A DNA stretch of 57,999 nucleotides, taken from a virus. Its lineage: Duplodnaviria; Caudoviricetes. The position numbers and the translations under genes are program-made. The DNA lies in the IMG/VR virus record IMGVR_UViG_3300047560_001295, positions 1-57,999 of that record; one strand, written 5' to 3'. Position 1 is the stretch's first letter, and every line of letters begins with the position of its first letter. A model generated the notes under the pieces. That model searched no databases. It saw only the letters and a program-made list of their open reading frames with translations, and was not told the DNA's origin. This document shows positions 37,323 through 46,560 of this stretch, piece after piece.

Positions 37323-38275
37323 TGTTAGACGCTATTCGTTTTGTCCAAGGTTCTGTGGCTCGAAAAGGCTTTGTGCCGGAGCTAACCCATTTCAACATCA
37401 CCAACAAAACAATTAGAGGTTTTAATGGGCATCTTAGTCTTTGCAGCCCTATCGACTTCGACTTGGATGTCAGTCCGAAGGCCGTTCCGTTCGTCAAAGC
37501 TATACAGAGCTGTGATGAAACTATTCAGCTGAATGTAACAGCTACCGGGCGGCTTTCCATTAAGTCCGGGAAATTTAGGGCGCAGATCGAATGCCTCCCA
37601 ACTGATTTCCCCGAGGTGCTTCCAGAAGGGGAAGAAGTCCCCCTGACACGGGGTATCCGGGACGTTTTGAAGAAACTGTTACCTTTCATCGCTGAAGACG
37701 CCTCCCGGCCTTGGGCGCGGGGAATCCTCCTCCGAGGCCAATCAGCTTTTGCGACAAACAATATCAATCTGGTAGAGCATTGGCTGGGCTACCAATTTCC
37801 GGTCGAAATCAACATTCCACGCTCTGCGGTAGTCGAATTGGTCCGCATCGGAGAAGAGCCTACTTCGCTGCAGATGACGGATACGAGTTGCACTTTTCAT
37901 TTCCCGGGAAAGCGTTGGCTCAGGACCAATCTTAATTCAACCGACTGGCCTGACGTGTCCCGTGTGTTGAACATGCGGGTACCGAACTTAAAGCATATCC
38001 CAGAAGACTTGTGGGTAGGGCTGGAAAAGATTGAACCTTTTGCGGATGACATGGGGCGTGTTTACTTCAGCCCCGGAATGATAGCCACAGGGGATACCGA
38101 AGACGCCTCGTCAGCCGTTCAAGTTACTGGGCTAGATGGGACTGGGGTCTACAATATCAAGCAAATGCGGCTTCTTCAGGATGTCGCGACTCGCTGGTGC
38201 TTTGGGGAGGGTGCTAGCCCGTCCCTATTCTTTGGCGAAAATATACGAGGGGCCATTTCAGGCCTACGAGGATAA
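37322..38275 (+). CDS. Beta sliding clamp-like protein
   Basis: DFP, DASRPWARGI...ATN and WPD patterns matching beta-clamp repeats; start MLDAIR. Confidence 0.75.
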   Translation: MLDAIRFVQGSVARKGFVPELTHFNITNKTIRGFNGHLSLCSPIDFDLDVSPKAVPFVKAIQSCDETIQLNVTATGRLSIKSGKFRAQIECLPTDFPEVLPEGEEVPLTRGIRDVLKKLLPFIAEDASRPWARGILLRGQSAFATNNINLVEHWLGYQFPVEINIPRSAVVELVRIGEEPTSLQMTDTSCTFHFPGKRWLRTNLNSTDWPDVSRVLNMRVPNLKHIPEDLWVGLEKIEPFADDMGRVYFSPGMIATGDTEDASSAVQVTGLDGTGVYNIKQMRLLQDVATRWCFGEGASPSLFFGENIRGAISGLRG

Positions 38276-38276
38276 C

Positions 38277-38480
38277 ATGGCGATTGCTCTTCTCCCAGCC
38301 TACGGGCGCAAATACAAAACAAGAGACGCCTTGCTGGCCGATTGGTACGCCGGGAAGGATTTTAAAATCGAGAATGGCCCTTATACCAACATTCATGATT
38401 ACCCGAAGCTTGCGGAAAAATACGGGACTGTTCTTCTAGTGCACGGGCTTAACTCTTACATTGCCACTTATCCTAAATGA
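38277..38480 (+). CDS. Hypothetical protein
   Basis: PAYGRKYK...DWYAGKDF; GAGG Shine-Dalgarno; overlaps the polA start. Confidence 0.65.
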   Translation: MAIALLPAYGRKYKTRDALLADWYAGKDFKIENGPYTNIHDYPKLAEKYGTVLLVHGLNSYIATYPK

Positions 38481-40474
38481 GAATTGACAGCATCGGTTTC
38501 TTTTGGGAAGACCTTCAGTCTACTGGAAGAAACAAAACCGTTCGGGCAATGCCACCCATTCCGGAAACGGGATGGGTTAAACCCAGCTACCTCCCGGATT
38601 TATCCCAAGCCCCAGCAATCGCCATCGACTGTGAAACCTATGACCCAGAGCTGTTAGATAACGGCCCCGGCTGGGCTCGTGGCAAAGGCCATATCGTCGG
38701 CGTTTCTATAGGGGTCCCCGGTGGGCACCGTTGGTATTTCCCGCTTCGCCACGAAATCGAGAAAGAGGATAACTGGCCAGTCGAACCGGTAATGGCTTGG
38801 CTCTCCGCCATGCTGGGCAATCCTAAGCAACCGAAGATTGGTGCGAACCTAATCTATGACGTGGGCTGGCTTCGTCAAGAGGGTGTAATTGTTCGTGGTG
38901 AGCTTATGGATGTCCAGTTCGCTGAAGCCCTACTGGATGAGCGGTCAGAAGTGGCTTTGGAAATCTTGGCGCAGAAGTATCTTGGAGAGGGAAAGGAATC
39001 CTCATTGCTCTACCGCTGGAGCTCAGACTTCTACGGTGGACCGGTTACCGGGAAGCAAAGGGCGAACATCTATCGCTCACCACCAAGGCTTGTAGGTCCA
39101 TACGCCGAAAGCGATGCCGACTTACCGCTCCGCTTAATTGAAAAACTATACCCGCTCCTCATCAAGGAAAACCTGCTCAACCTTTTCCGGATGGAATGCG
39201 ACCTGATATATGTGCTCATTGAAATGCGCTTCGCCGGGGTTACCGTTGATATCCACAAGGCTGAGAAGCTCCGGGATGAATTGCAGGAGCGTGAGCGGAT
39301 AGAGCAATTGAAGCTTAATGACTTGGTGGGATTCCAAGTCGACATTAACGCCGCACAGTCACTTGCCCGGGCTTTCGACCATATTGGGCTCAAATACACC
39401 CGAACAGCAAAGGGCGCCCCAAGTTTTACTAAGCAATTCCTGACGGACTTAAAACATCCGCTTGCAGATCATATCCGGGAAATCCGTAAGTTAGCGAAAC
39501 TCCGTGGAACATTTGTTGAATCCTACATTTTGGATTCACATGTCAACGGAAAGGTCTATGGCCAATTCCATCCCATGCGCGGCGATTCCGGAGGGACGCG
39601 AAGTGGCCGGCTAAGTAGCTCTACTCCGAATCTTCAGAACCTGCCCAGTAGGGACGATGAGTTGGCCCCAATGGTTCGCGGCCTTTTTATTCCGGACGTA
39701 GGACATCAGTTCTGGCGCAAATACGATTACTCTCAGATTGAGTACCGTTTTCTTATCCATTACGCGGTAGGTCCCGGAAGCCACGAAGCTCGGCAGCAGT
39801 TCAATGACAATCCGGATATGGATTACCATGAATGGACACTTGACCTTGTGGCACCCGTCGCCGGCTGGGACATCAGCACCCCGGAGAAAAGGAAGCCGTT
39901 CCGTAAACCTACGAAGAACGTTAACTTCGGTATGATCTACGGGATGGGGGAAGCAACGCTAGCCGCCAATCTTGGTTTGTCCAAAAAAGAGGCGAAGGCC
40001 TTTTTTAAGGCTTACCGGGGTGGAGTACCTTTCGCAGCCCCAACAATGGAAGCCACTATGGCAGAAGCCGCGAATACCGGAGTCATTACGACAATCCTTG
40101 GACGCCGCTCACGCTTCGATTTGTGGGAACCGGAAGACTGGGGAGCCGAGACTATTGCCCTCCCGTACCATCAAGCAATTCTTAAATACGGCAAAATCCG
40201 GCGCGCGTATACCCACAAGGCTCTCAACCGAAGGCTTCAGGGATCTGCCGCGGATCTGATGAAGACGGCTATGTGGAAGTGCTGGAAAGACGGTGTCTTT
40301 GACGCCACGGGTATTCCCCGGCTCACGGTGCATGATGAATTGGACTTCAGTGATCCTGGAGGCCGAGATGAAGCTTTTAGAGAGATGCAGCACATAATGG
40401 AGACTGCTCTTCCTTTATCAATTCCGGTTCGCGCTGACGGCGATATAGGACCGGATTGGGGTCACGCCAAGTGA
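38477..40474 (+). CDS. polA: Family A DNA polymerase with 3'-5' exonuclease
   Basis: DCET, YAESD, SGRLSS.PNLQN, DYSQIEYR, KNVNFGMIYG, QGSAAD and VHDE motifs. Confidence 0.97.
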   Translation: MRIDSIGFFWEDLQSTGRNKTVRAMPPIPETGWVKPSYLPDLSQAPAIAIDCETYDPELLDNGPGWARGKGHIVGVSIGVPGGHRWYFPLRHEIEKEDNWPVEPVMAWLSAMLGNPKQPKIGANLIYDVGWLRQEGVIVRGELMDVQFAEALLDERSEVALEILAQKYLGEGKESSLLYRWSSDFYGGPVTGKQRANIYRSPPRLVGPYAESDADLPLRLIEKLYPLLIKENLLNLFRMECDLIYVLIEMRFAGVTVDIHKAEKLRDELQERERIEQLKLNDLVGFQVDINAAQSLARAFDHIGLKYTRTAKGAPSFTKQFLTDLKHPLADHIREIRKLAKLRGTFVESYILDSHVNGKVYGQFHPMRGDSGGTRSGRLSSSTPNLQNLPSRDDELAPMVRGLFIPDVGHQFWRKYDYSQIEYRFLIHYAVGPGSHEARQQFNDNPDMDYHEWTLDLVAPVAGWDISTPEKRKPFRKPTKNVNFGMIYGMGEATLAANLGLSKKEAKAFFKAYRGGVPFAAPTMEATMAEAANTGVITTILGRRSRFDLWEPEDWGAETIALPYHQAILKYGKIRRAYTHKALNRRLQGSAADLMKTAMWKCWKDGVFDATGIPRLTVHDELDFSDPGGRDEAFREMQHIMETALPLSIPVRADGDIGPDWGHAK

Positions 40475-40593
40475 TCCCCTCAAGGAAACCGTGGGTAACG
40501 GAACCATCCTAATCGGCGGGCTCAAGTACAGCTTCATTGTCTGTCCTCCGGAGAATCCTGATTAGGCGTTGCCGGATCGCAACCGGCGTAAAC

Positions 40594-40619
40594 AAAAATG
40601 GCCCCTTTCGGGGCCATTT
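40594..40619. terminator. Terminator between the convergent transcription units
   Basis: AAATGGCCCC-TTTC-GGGGCCATTT; the T-run is strongest on the minus strand. Confidence 0.85.
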
Positions 40620-40621
40620 CT

Positions 40622-41080
40622 CTATTTAGCTTCTGGTTTATTTGGTGGAACTGGCATCGTCTCGAAGAAAGAAGAAACATCGAAGTTGTCTACTACCTTT
40701 GCTAGTTCTGGATAAGCCCAGAGCCATACCGAATCCCGCCAAAGTGAAAGACTTTTAGCTTCACCGGAAAAGGTAGTGTTTTTACTCGAAATGTAAGAAA
40801 TCGCCGAAAGGATGTTGAAATAACCCCATTCCTTAGCCGTAGCGTCGATCCGGTTTTGAATCTCGCTGGTCAAGGCTAATACGATAGCTTCTGCCTTAGT
40901 AGACGGGATTTCACCCAGAGTTGGAAAACCATTTTCATCACTAAGCAGTGGCCGGCCTTCGGCCATTCCACGAACTAGGCTTTTCCAAATGTCGTTTGAA
41001 ATCTCGACTTTATCTTCTGGGATTAAAGTTGAAATTGAATCATCGAAAAAACTATTTGTCGTTTTTGAATAAAAAAGCAT
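40622..41080 (-). CDS. Tail fibre assembly protein
   Basis: MLFYSKTTNSFFD...IPEDKVEI...DENGFP; GY..I.SA.SY...WRDSVW. Confidence 0.75.
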   Translation of the reverse strand: MLFYSKTTNSFFDDSISTLIPEDKVEISNDIWKSLVRGMAEGRPLLSDENGFPTLGEIPSTKAEAIVLALTSEIQNRIDATAKEWGYFNILSAISYISSKNTTFSGEAKSLSLWRDSVWLWAYPELAKVVDNFDVSSFFETMPVPPNKPEAK

Positions 41081-41088
41081 GTTACACC

Positions 41089-41679
41089 TTAGCGTCCTAA
41101 CGCAATAAAAAATTGACCGTAGCTTCCAACAGCCCATCCAGATCCATTCCAGCCCAGAGCCCAAGCAGTGTAACCCGCTGTGTTTGGAGCGCCTGCCGCA
41201 TGAACCGTTGGATTGTAAGCTCCCCAAATTGGAGCATTACCGTCTTCTTCACAAACGAGAACACCAAAACAAGCGTTTGGGAAAGTTATTGGGAAAGTAA
41301 CCGGCTGACCCAATGTTCCTTGATAGACTGAAATTTTACCCCACTGTAAGATAAAACCGCCCGGAAGGCGCTGGTATCCAGCCGTACCGTAAACGGACCC
41401 GGGATTGATACCGCTAATAGTGGCTTCCAACTGTGCAATAAAGGTCGTAATGTTTCCATCATCATTGATAGCCTCACCTGTGATATTCGCCATCAATTGA
41501 GCAACAGCTGCGGCTACGAATGAACTTTGGCGCCAAACAGTATTCAATGTTTTTGATTCTGCAATACCTTCAACGAATCCCCCAGACAAGAGATCGGTCA
41601 TAGTTGCATATTCAGCCGGGGTGAGGGTATTTGCTCCAGCGCCGGCTGCGAAAGTTTTAAATTGTGATGATCCTGACAT
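41089..41679 (-). CDS. Short tail fibre
   Basis: LNTVWRQSS N-terminus; GYQRLPGGFILQWG...FPITFPN C-terminal domain. Confidence 0.8.
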   Translation of the reverse strand: MSGSSQFKTFAAGAGANTLTPAEYATMTDLLSGGFVEGIAESKTLNTVWRQSSFVAAAVAQLMANITGEAINDDGNITTFIAQLEATISGINPGSVYGTAGYQRLPGGFILQWGKISVYQGTLGQPVTFPITFPNACFGVLVCEEDGNAPIWGAYNPTVHAAGAPNTAGYTAWALGWNGSGWAVGSYGQFFIALGR

Positions 41680-41697
41680 AATAATTCCGTAACGTGT

Positions 41698-42426
41698 TTA
41701 GAAGGGAACACCAAATGAACCAGTATCAAAACCTGCTGCATACTGGGAATTTGAGTCAAAAGCGAAAAGCGGCGAACCACCTACTGACGCGATTTCGAAC
41801 GATTTAATTCCGACTCCCTCCGGTTTTAGTATTCTAACCATCAGTTTCATAATAGCAATGAGAATAGCGGTAAAGCCAACACCGACAACGTACACACTCA
41901 TGGTCATGTCTTGGTTATCCACAACCAGCATCGTTATTCCCGGACCGGGCTGATCTGTGCCTAGAATCCCCGGAGTTGTACTTATACCCAACACCAAACC
42001 GTTTATGTCCGGCATAATTGTGGACAAGATTTGATTCAATTGTTCCAGTGTGCCGTTCCAGACGTTTGCCATGATTTTTGTTTTTAGCAAAAGTCTATAG
42101 TAGTCATCGGTAAGCTCTATGATGCCCGCAGTTGGATCATACGGTCCTTTCCATGTTCCACGATCAAAACCAAGTGTTGCGTTATCAAACGAAAAATAAA
42201 CTTCGAGAGGTGTTGAAAGAAAGCGTGTGATACCGATCCATTGGCCAACCACGTCAAGTTGATTTCCGACAGCGGTATCAACATCGTAGGCCGAAGTTAC
42301 CCCAGAAAAAGTATCGGCCGTATCTGCGTATGGTTGGGCGGAATACCCCACCATCTCCATGTATTTTGGTTTGTCGGAGTGCTCCGAAGTAATTAAGTCT
42401 TGATACGGGGTAACTGAACCAGTCAT
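41698..42426 (-). CDS. Baseplate wedge protein (DUF2612-like)
   Basis: AVGNQLDVVGQWIG, DDYYR and DNQDMT motifs. Confidence 0.85.
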   Translation of the reverse strand: MTGSVTPYQDLITSEHSDKPKYMEMVGYSAQPYADTADTFSGVTSAYDVDTAVGNQLDVVGQWIGITRFLSTPLEVYFSFDNATLGFDRGTWKGPYDPTAGIIELTDDYYRLLLKTKIMANVWNGTLEQLNQILSTIMPDINGLVLGISTTPGILGTDQPGPGITMLVVDNQDMTMSVYVVGVGFTAILIAIMKLMVRILKPEGVGIKSFEIASVGGSPLFAFDSNSQYAAGFDTGSFGVPF

Positions 42427-43613
42427 TAGACCACCGTCAAAGTTATATCAGAAGTTGAACATTTCGCTATTCCATTGAAAGGAATCACAACGTCTGAAGT
42501 AGTTGGTGTATTTCCGACAATCGCCGCTAGCAAAGTTATTAATTCAAACGTCGTTGATGCTGAAATACTGTTCAGCTGGGCTGGGACGTATAGCTTCGTA
42601 ATGAGAACATCCTGTCCGATTAGTAGGGCGTTAATGTAGTCAGCGACAGCTGTCTTAATAGCTTCCCCGGTGGTTGACGAGTATCCGGCAAATGCACGCA
42701 AAGTAATTTCTACCGCGATATTTTCTTGCGATGGAACGAAAAATCTGATGTTATGGGTTAAACCAAGATTATCCGTTACGGGGACTACAGTGCTACCGTA
42801 GGTGTAAGCCCCCGGAGTCTTCTTGTTCATAATAGCCGTTGCGATAGCCGTTGCGTCACCACCTTCAACAACCATGGATATTGAGTGCGGAGGTAGCCCG
42901 TCTGAATCGGTGGTCCCGGTATCATTCTCGTAAGCTTTGACCTGTGTTACCCCGGTAATGTTGGCGATAGCTCCGGCAATCCCATCAAGAACTGTTAAGG
43001 AGCCAAGGGCTGTTGACTGTGTCTGGCGCAATCTTAGTTCAGCATCAGATTCAACCGGGGCACCAACACTAGCGTCTGTCGTGCTGTAAAATTCTTGCCA
43101 ACCAAGCTGGGGGTTGTAAATCTTGTTAATTGTCCCTGCCGATGCCCCAATGGCTCCGGGTTTCTGGGCAATGACAGTGACAAGAATCTGGCCGGCTGGT
43201 GGAATAGTGACGGAAGCCGGCAAATTCCAGAGATTGCCAACACTGTCTTGAACAACACCATTAGTGATAGTTCGACCCACTTCACCTACAACATAACCGT
43301 CAGCGGTAGAGTAACCTGATATATTTCTGGCTATACCATTGATTTTGACCACAGAGGATAACTGGTTACCTTGGGCGTAAGTCGGGGAGAAAGACATGAA
43401 GGTGCTTACGGCGGCTTGGTTGCTATCGTCGATAGCTTTTGCCAATACGGCAAGCCACTGCCCGTCCTGTGAATCAGCAGAGACGTAAATGTCAGAACCG
43501 TAAATTTGTTGGAATTTAGCTATGAGGCTCAAATAGACATCGGTGTAGCTTGGAATGCTAATTCCGGTAGCGGTAATAATCGGGCCAAGCGTTGGTAAGG
43601 GATAAGTGCTCAT
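42426..43613 (-). CDS. Baseplate J-like protein
   Basis: SQDGQ, ESDAELRLR and HSISMVVEGG motifs. Confidence 0.9.
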   Translation of the reverse strand: MSTYPLPTLGPIITATGISIPSYTDVYLSLIAKFQQIYGSDIYVSADSQDGQWLAVLAKAIDDSNQAAVSTFMSFSPTYAQGNQLSSVVKINGIARNISGYSTADGYVVGEVGRTITNGVVQDSVGNLWNLPASVTIPPAGQILVTVIAQKPGAIGASAGTINKIYNPQLGWQEFYSTTDASVGAPVESDAELRLRQTQSTALGSLTVLDGIAGAIANITGVTQVKAYENDTGTTDSDGLPPHSISMVVEGGDATAIATAIMNKKTPGAYTYGSTVVPVTDNLGLTHNIRFFVPSQENIAVEITLRAFAGYSSTTGEAIKTAVADYINALLIGQDVLITKLYVPAQLNSISASTTFELITLLAAIVGNTPTTSDVVIPFNGIAKCSTSDITLTVV

Positions 43614-43957
43614 AGAACCTGCTCAATGGTGGTCTGCCCGTAAATTGTATCAACAGTCGCCGTTATTGTAACATTGCGATTATCGATGTAGCTTGAGTAA
43701 TTGATAATACTCGAAACTCCCGGCGTATTTAGTATTGCATCCTTAATAGCGAAATCGTAATAGGGAATTGTCCCAAAACCAAGGACTTGCGTGTTGTATG
43801 GGACCCCGGCTTGGATGTCTAAAAACCATTCACCTTGGATCAATTTTAAGCGGGTAGAAATGGCTTGGGCTACAGCCGCTGGTGAATCGACTAAAAAGTT
43901 AGAAGCTCCGCGACCGAAAGTATAGTCACCGAAAGTGTCTAGTTTTCTATAAATCAT
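43610..43957 (-). CDS. Baseplate wedge / sheath initiator
   Basis: GDYTFG, GEWFLD...GVPY and TIYG motifs. Confidence 0.8.
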   Translation of the reverse strand: MIYRKLDTFGDYTFGRGASNFLVDSPAAVAQAISTRLKLIQGEWFLDIQAGVPYNTQVLGFGTIPYYDFAIKDAILNTPGVSSIINYSSYIDNRNVTITATVDTIYGQTTIEQVL

Positions 43958-44613
43958 ACCGGCGCTCCTGTATTTGAACCACCTGTGGACACCCCGGAAT
44001 GAACGTGGGTCTTTAAATGAACGTTGTCTGCGATGACGTCTTCCAACGATCTAATGGTTCCGGTAACGGTGAGATCACCAAGAACAGTTACACCATTGGG
44101 TGCTACAAGACGGACTTTCTTTGCAACCGGATCAAGCCCGACCAAAGTCTCCCCGTCAACGCTACGAAGAGTAGCTTCAGTATTGCTGATGAATTTTGGG
44201 ACATTCGGAACAGAGCTAATCCCCGGAATAACAAAACCATCCGAAAGCGAATGCATTCTAATTTCGGCTTGTTTCTGAATCCCACCAGACTGCCACCAAG
44301 CATCGATGCATCTGGATGAAAAAATGACGAGGCACTCATCTCCTTTAACCACAGGAAAAGTAAGGGTGCATCCGCCGCCGCTCGGGAATTGGATCGGGCA
44401 GTCAAGTAAAAGCGGAAGATTTACATCTGTGTAAGTCCCGTTCAGTTCGTCTTCAAGCTGGGCTTGGATAGCCGGCTGAACTGAGCAAATCTTTTCGTCA
44501 AGATTAACATCTTGAACGATGCCGGGCAAAGCGGTCCAGACATTGCTTTGGCTTCCCTGTATGGCGGCAAGCAAGGCTTCCTGCGGATGCTCAATACGTT
44601 CTAATCTATCCAT
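43954..44613 (-). CDS. Baseplate spike (gp138-like)
   Basis: TALPG, GDECL, RMHSLSD and apex HVHSGV motifs. Confidence 0.88.
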   Translation of the reverse strand: MDRLERIEHPQEALLAAIQGSQSNVWTALPGIVQDVNLDEKICSVQPAIQAQLEDELNGTYTDVNLPLLLDCPIQFPSGGGCTLTFPVVKGDECLVIFSSRCIDAWWQSGGIQKQAEIRMHSLSDGFVIPGISSVPNVPKFISNTEATLRSVDGETLVGLDPVAKKVRLVAPNGVTVLGDLTVTGTIRSLEDVIADNVHLKTHVHSGVSTGGSNTGAPV

Positions 44614-45557
44614 TACTGAGCCAATGTCTCTTTTTTAGTTGCATCGAAGGCAAGGCACACTAAATTGGTATACCACGGAGTTCCTCTATTATCGCCCTCG
44701 TGTTCCGCTACCATCACTCGGTAGATACCATCATCTGATAGCGGAGCTAATGGCATCAACCCGGAGTAACGATCATAAGGAACAGCCGCTGTATTTGTGT
44801 TTTGGTAGACTGTTTTATTTACTGTCGAATTGTCTATTTGGATTAGACCACCTATGCGGATGCGACTATTGAGAAGGCATTTCATACGGATGCCTTCATC
44901 CGTTTGCTCCGGTATTCCAATTAAGCCGGTGTCTGAATTGAGGACAACAGTTTCTCCGTCGAGATAGCCTTTGTTATCTACGACTTGGACCACGCCGTTT
45001 TGAATCGACCAGTTTGCGTTCAATGTGGACGCGGCATTGCGCATGTATGCCCGGGCCATTCCGAACAATACTTTTCCTCTAATGCTGGGGACATACTGAA
45101 GCTCAGTTTTAAGTGAGCCGTAATCTATTGGAATCCCCATTGCTTGCGCGGCGGCTGTCATTGTCTCTTGGGGTGTTACCCCTTTTTTGAGCGATTCGTT
45201 GATATAGCCTTGATTGTAGGCAATGTCTCCGTCTGCCGCCAAAATATCTAAATAAGTAGTGGTTGCGCTTTCTTTCCCTACACGATACTGTTTTATTTGC
45301 CCTTGGAAGACTACTCCGTAATTTCCGTTCACATACCCCGCGTTGAGAGACACACTCTTGTATTCACTGTTTTGGGTAAGTTTCTTAACCGTGTTCTGGG
45401 CAAGATTGTAGATTCGAATTGTCGCGTTATTGGGAGATTCGACATCCGCGTTTGCAACATCAAATTTAACGTGAAAGTCGGACAGGTCTATAGTCTCTTT
45501 GTCAGAAAAGACAAAAAGTCCTAATTTTCTAATCCATTGGTCGCAAATAGTCGTCAT
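44613..45557 (-). CDS. Baseplate hub protein
   Basis: IYNL, LNAGY, TGLIGIP and GDNRGTPWY motifs. Confidence 0.8.
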   Translation of the reverse strand: MTTICDQWIRKLGLFVFSDKETIDLSDFHVKFDVANADVESPNNATIRIYNLAQNTVKKLTQNSEYKSVSLNAGYVNGNYGVVFQGQIKQYRVGKESATTTYLDILAADGDIAYNQGYINESLKKGVTPQETMTAAAQAMGIPIDYGSLKTELQYVPSIRGKVLFGMARAYMRNAASTLNANWSIQNGVVQVVDNKGYLDGETVVLNSDTGLIGIPEQTDEGIRMKCLLNSRIRIGGLIQIDNSTVNKTVYQNTNTAAVPYDRYSGLMPLAPLSDDGIYRVMVAEHEGDNRGTPWYTNLVCLAFDATKKETLAQ

Positions 45558-45868
45558 GGGACTATGAAGTAAAGTTCCCCGGTGACACCAAGGTTCGAGT
45601 AAGTCGGCGGTACATTAAGGTCGTTTGTGGTTTGCGCGATTAGCTGTCCACCGAAATTCAAATATGAATACTGCTCGAGTAAGTCGGTCCCAGCGACAAC
45701 TAGCAAACTAGTCAGAATAGCGATCCCGGTTAAGCTGTCTGAGATATCAAGTTGCCAGACGTTTGCATAGCTATTCCAAATTAGCCGCATAGCATACGCT
45801 TTTCCATTCAACGAAATCGTGAACAGCTGAGCCTCTGGTGTTAACGGAATTCTGTAAGTAGTGCTCAT
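45554..45868 (-). CDS. Baseplate plug-like protein
   Basis: WQLDI...GTDLLEQY...LG; synteny. Confidence 0.7.
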   Translation of the reverse strand: MSTTYRIPLTPEAQLFTISLNGKAYAMRLIWNSYANVWQLDISDSLTGIAILTSLLVVAGTDLLEQYSYLNFGGQLIAQTTNDLNVPPTYSNLGVTGELYFIVP

Positions 45869-46560
45869 TAGCCGGTAACTCCGGAAGAGACTGGGGATGG
45901 AGACTGTGTTCCTTTATTTACCGGAGAAGCTGTGGCACTGGGATTTGCCTGCTGGTTTGCTGGCAATGGGGCCGTCCGGGTATTCACCAATATAATTTCT
46001 TGACACTCCATTGTAATCGGTAGTGTGTGAGCGTTACGAAAGTCGCTTACGGTAGACAAGGAACGGCAGACCATGTTACGATAAACGCGTTTACCTGTAT
46101 AAAGTGTAAAAAGTGTTCGAAACTGCTGCATTTCAAGCAGTCTATCGTAAATGGCTCGTATACCCAAGACCCCCGAGCCAGTAATCAACGACTGTGTAGT
46201 CGGGCCGGGTCCACCGGCACTATCGACGAGAGCGCTTGGACCGTTGATGGCCACAGAATTAACGGTGGACCCGAGCATCCCGCTGGATAGGCTGAGGCTA
46301 TCAGACCATCCAAGCTGAAGGGAAACTCGCGCCGGGAGCTTATACATGTGGTCAGTAATGGCGGCGCCTTGCTCAACTGGATGCTCCGTGATTTCCATCT
46401 CGTCGAGATGTTTTTCTTCGATTGTTGCTTGGGCGGCAATGCTTGGGAGCAAAGAGCCATCCGGTAAAGTTAGGTTATAGAAACCTCTCTGCGGAGAAAC
46501 CAGAATAGCGGAGCTACCAAATTCGGCCGCGGCTGTAACGACTCCGGCTAAACCACTCAT
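45868..46560 (-). CDS. Baseplate / tube initiator (Dit-like)
   Basis: EEKH...ITEHPVEQGAAITDH and TGKRVYRNM motifs. Confidence 0.8.
   Translation of the reverse strand: MSGLAGVVTAAAEFGSSAILVSPQRGFYNLTLPDGSLLPSIAAQATIEEKHLDEMEITEHPVEQGAAITDHMYKLPARVSLQLGWSDSLSLSSGMLGSTVNSVAINGPSALVDSAGGPGPTTQSLITGSGVLGIRAIYDRLLEMQQFRTLFTLYTGKRVYRNMVCRSLSTVSDFRNAHTLPITMECQEIILVNTRTAPLPANQQANPSATASPVNKGTQSPSPVSSGVTG

Noticed and set aside
43990-44020. HVH in the spike as another cargo leader
   Set aside because: It is the known metal-binding apex motif of baseplate spikes and is C-terminal.
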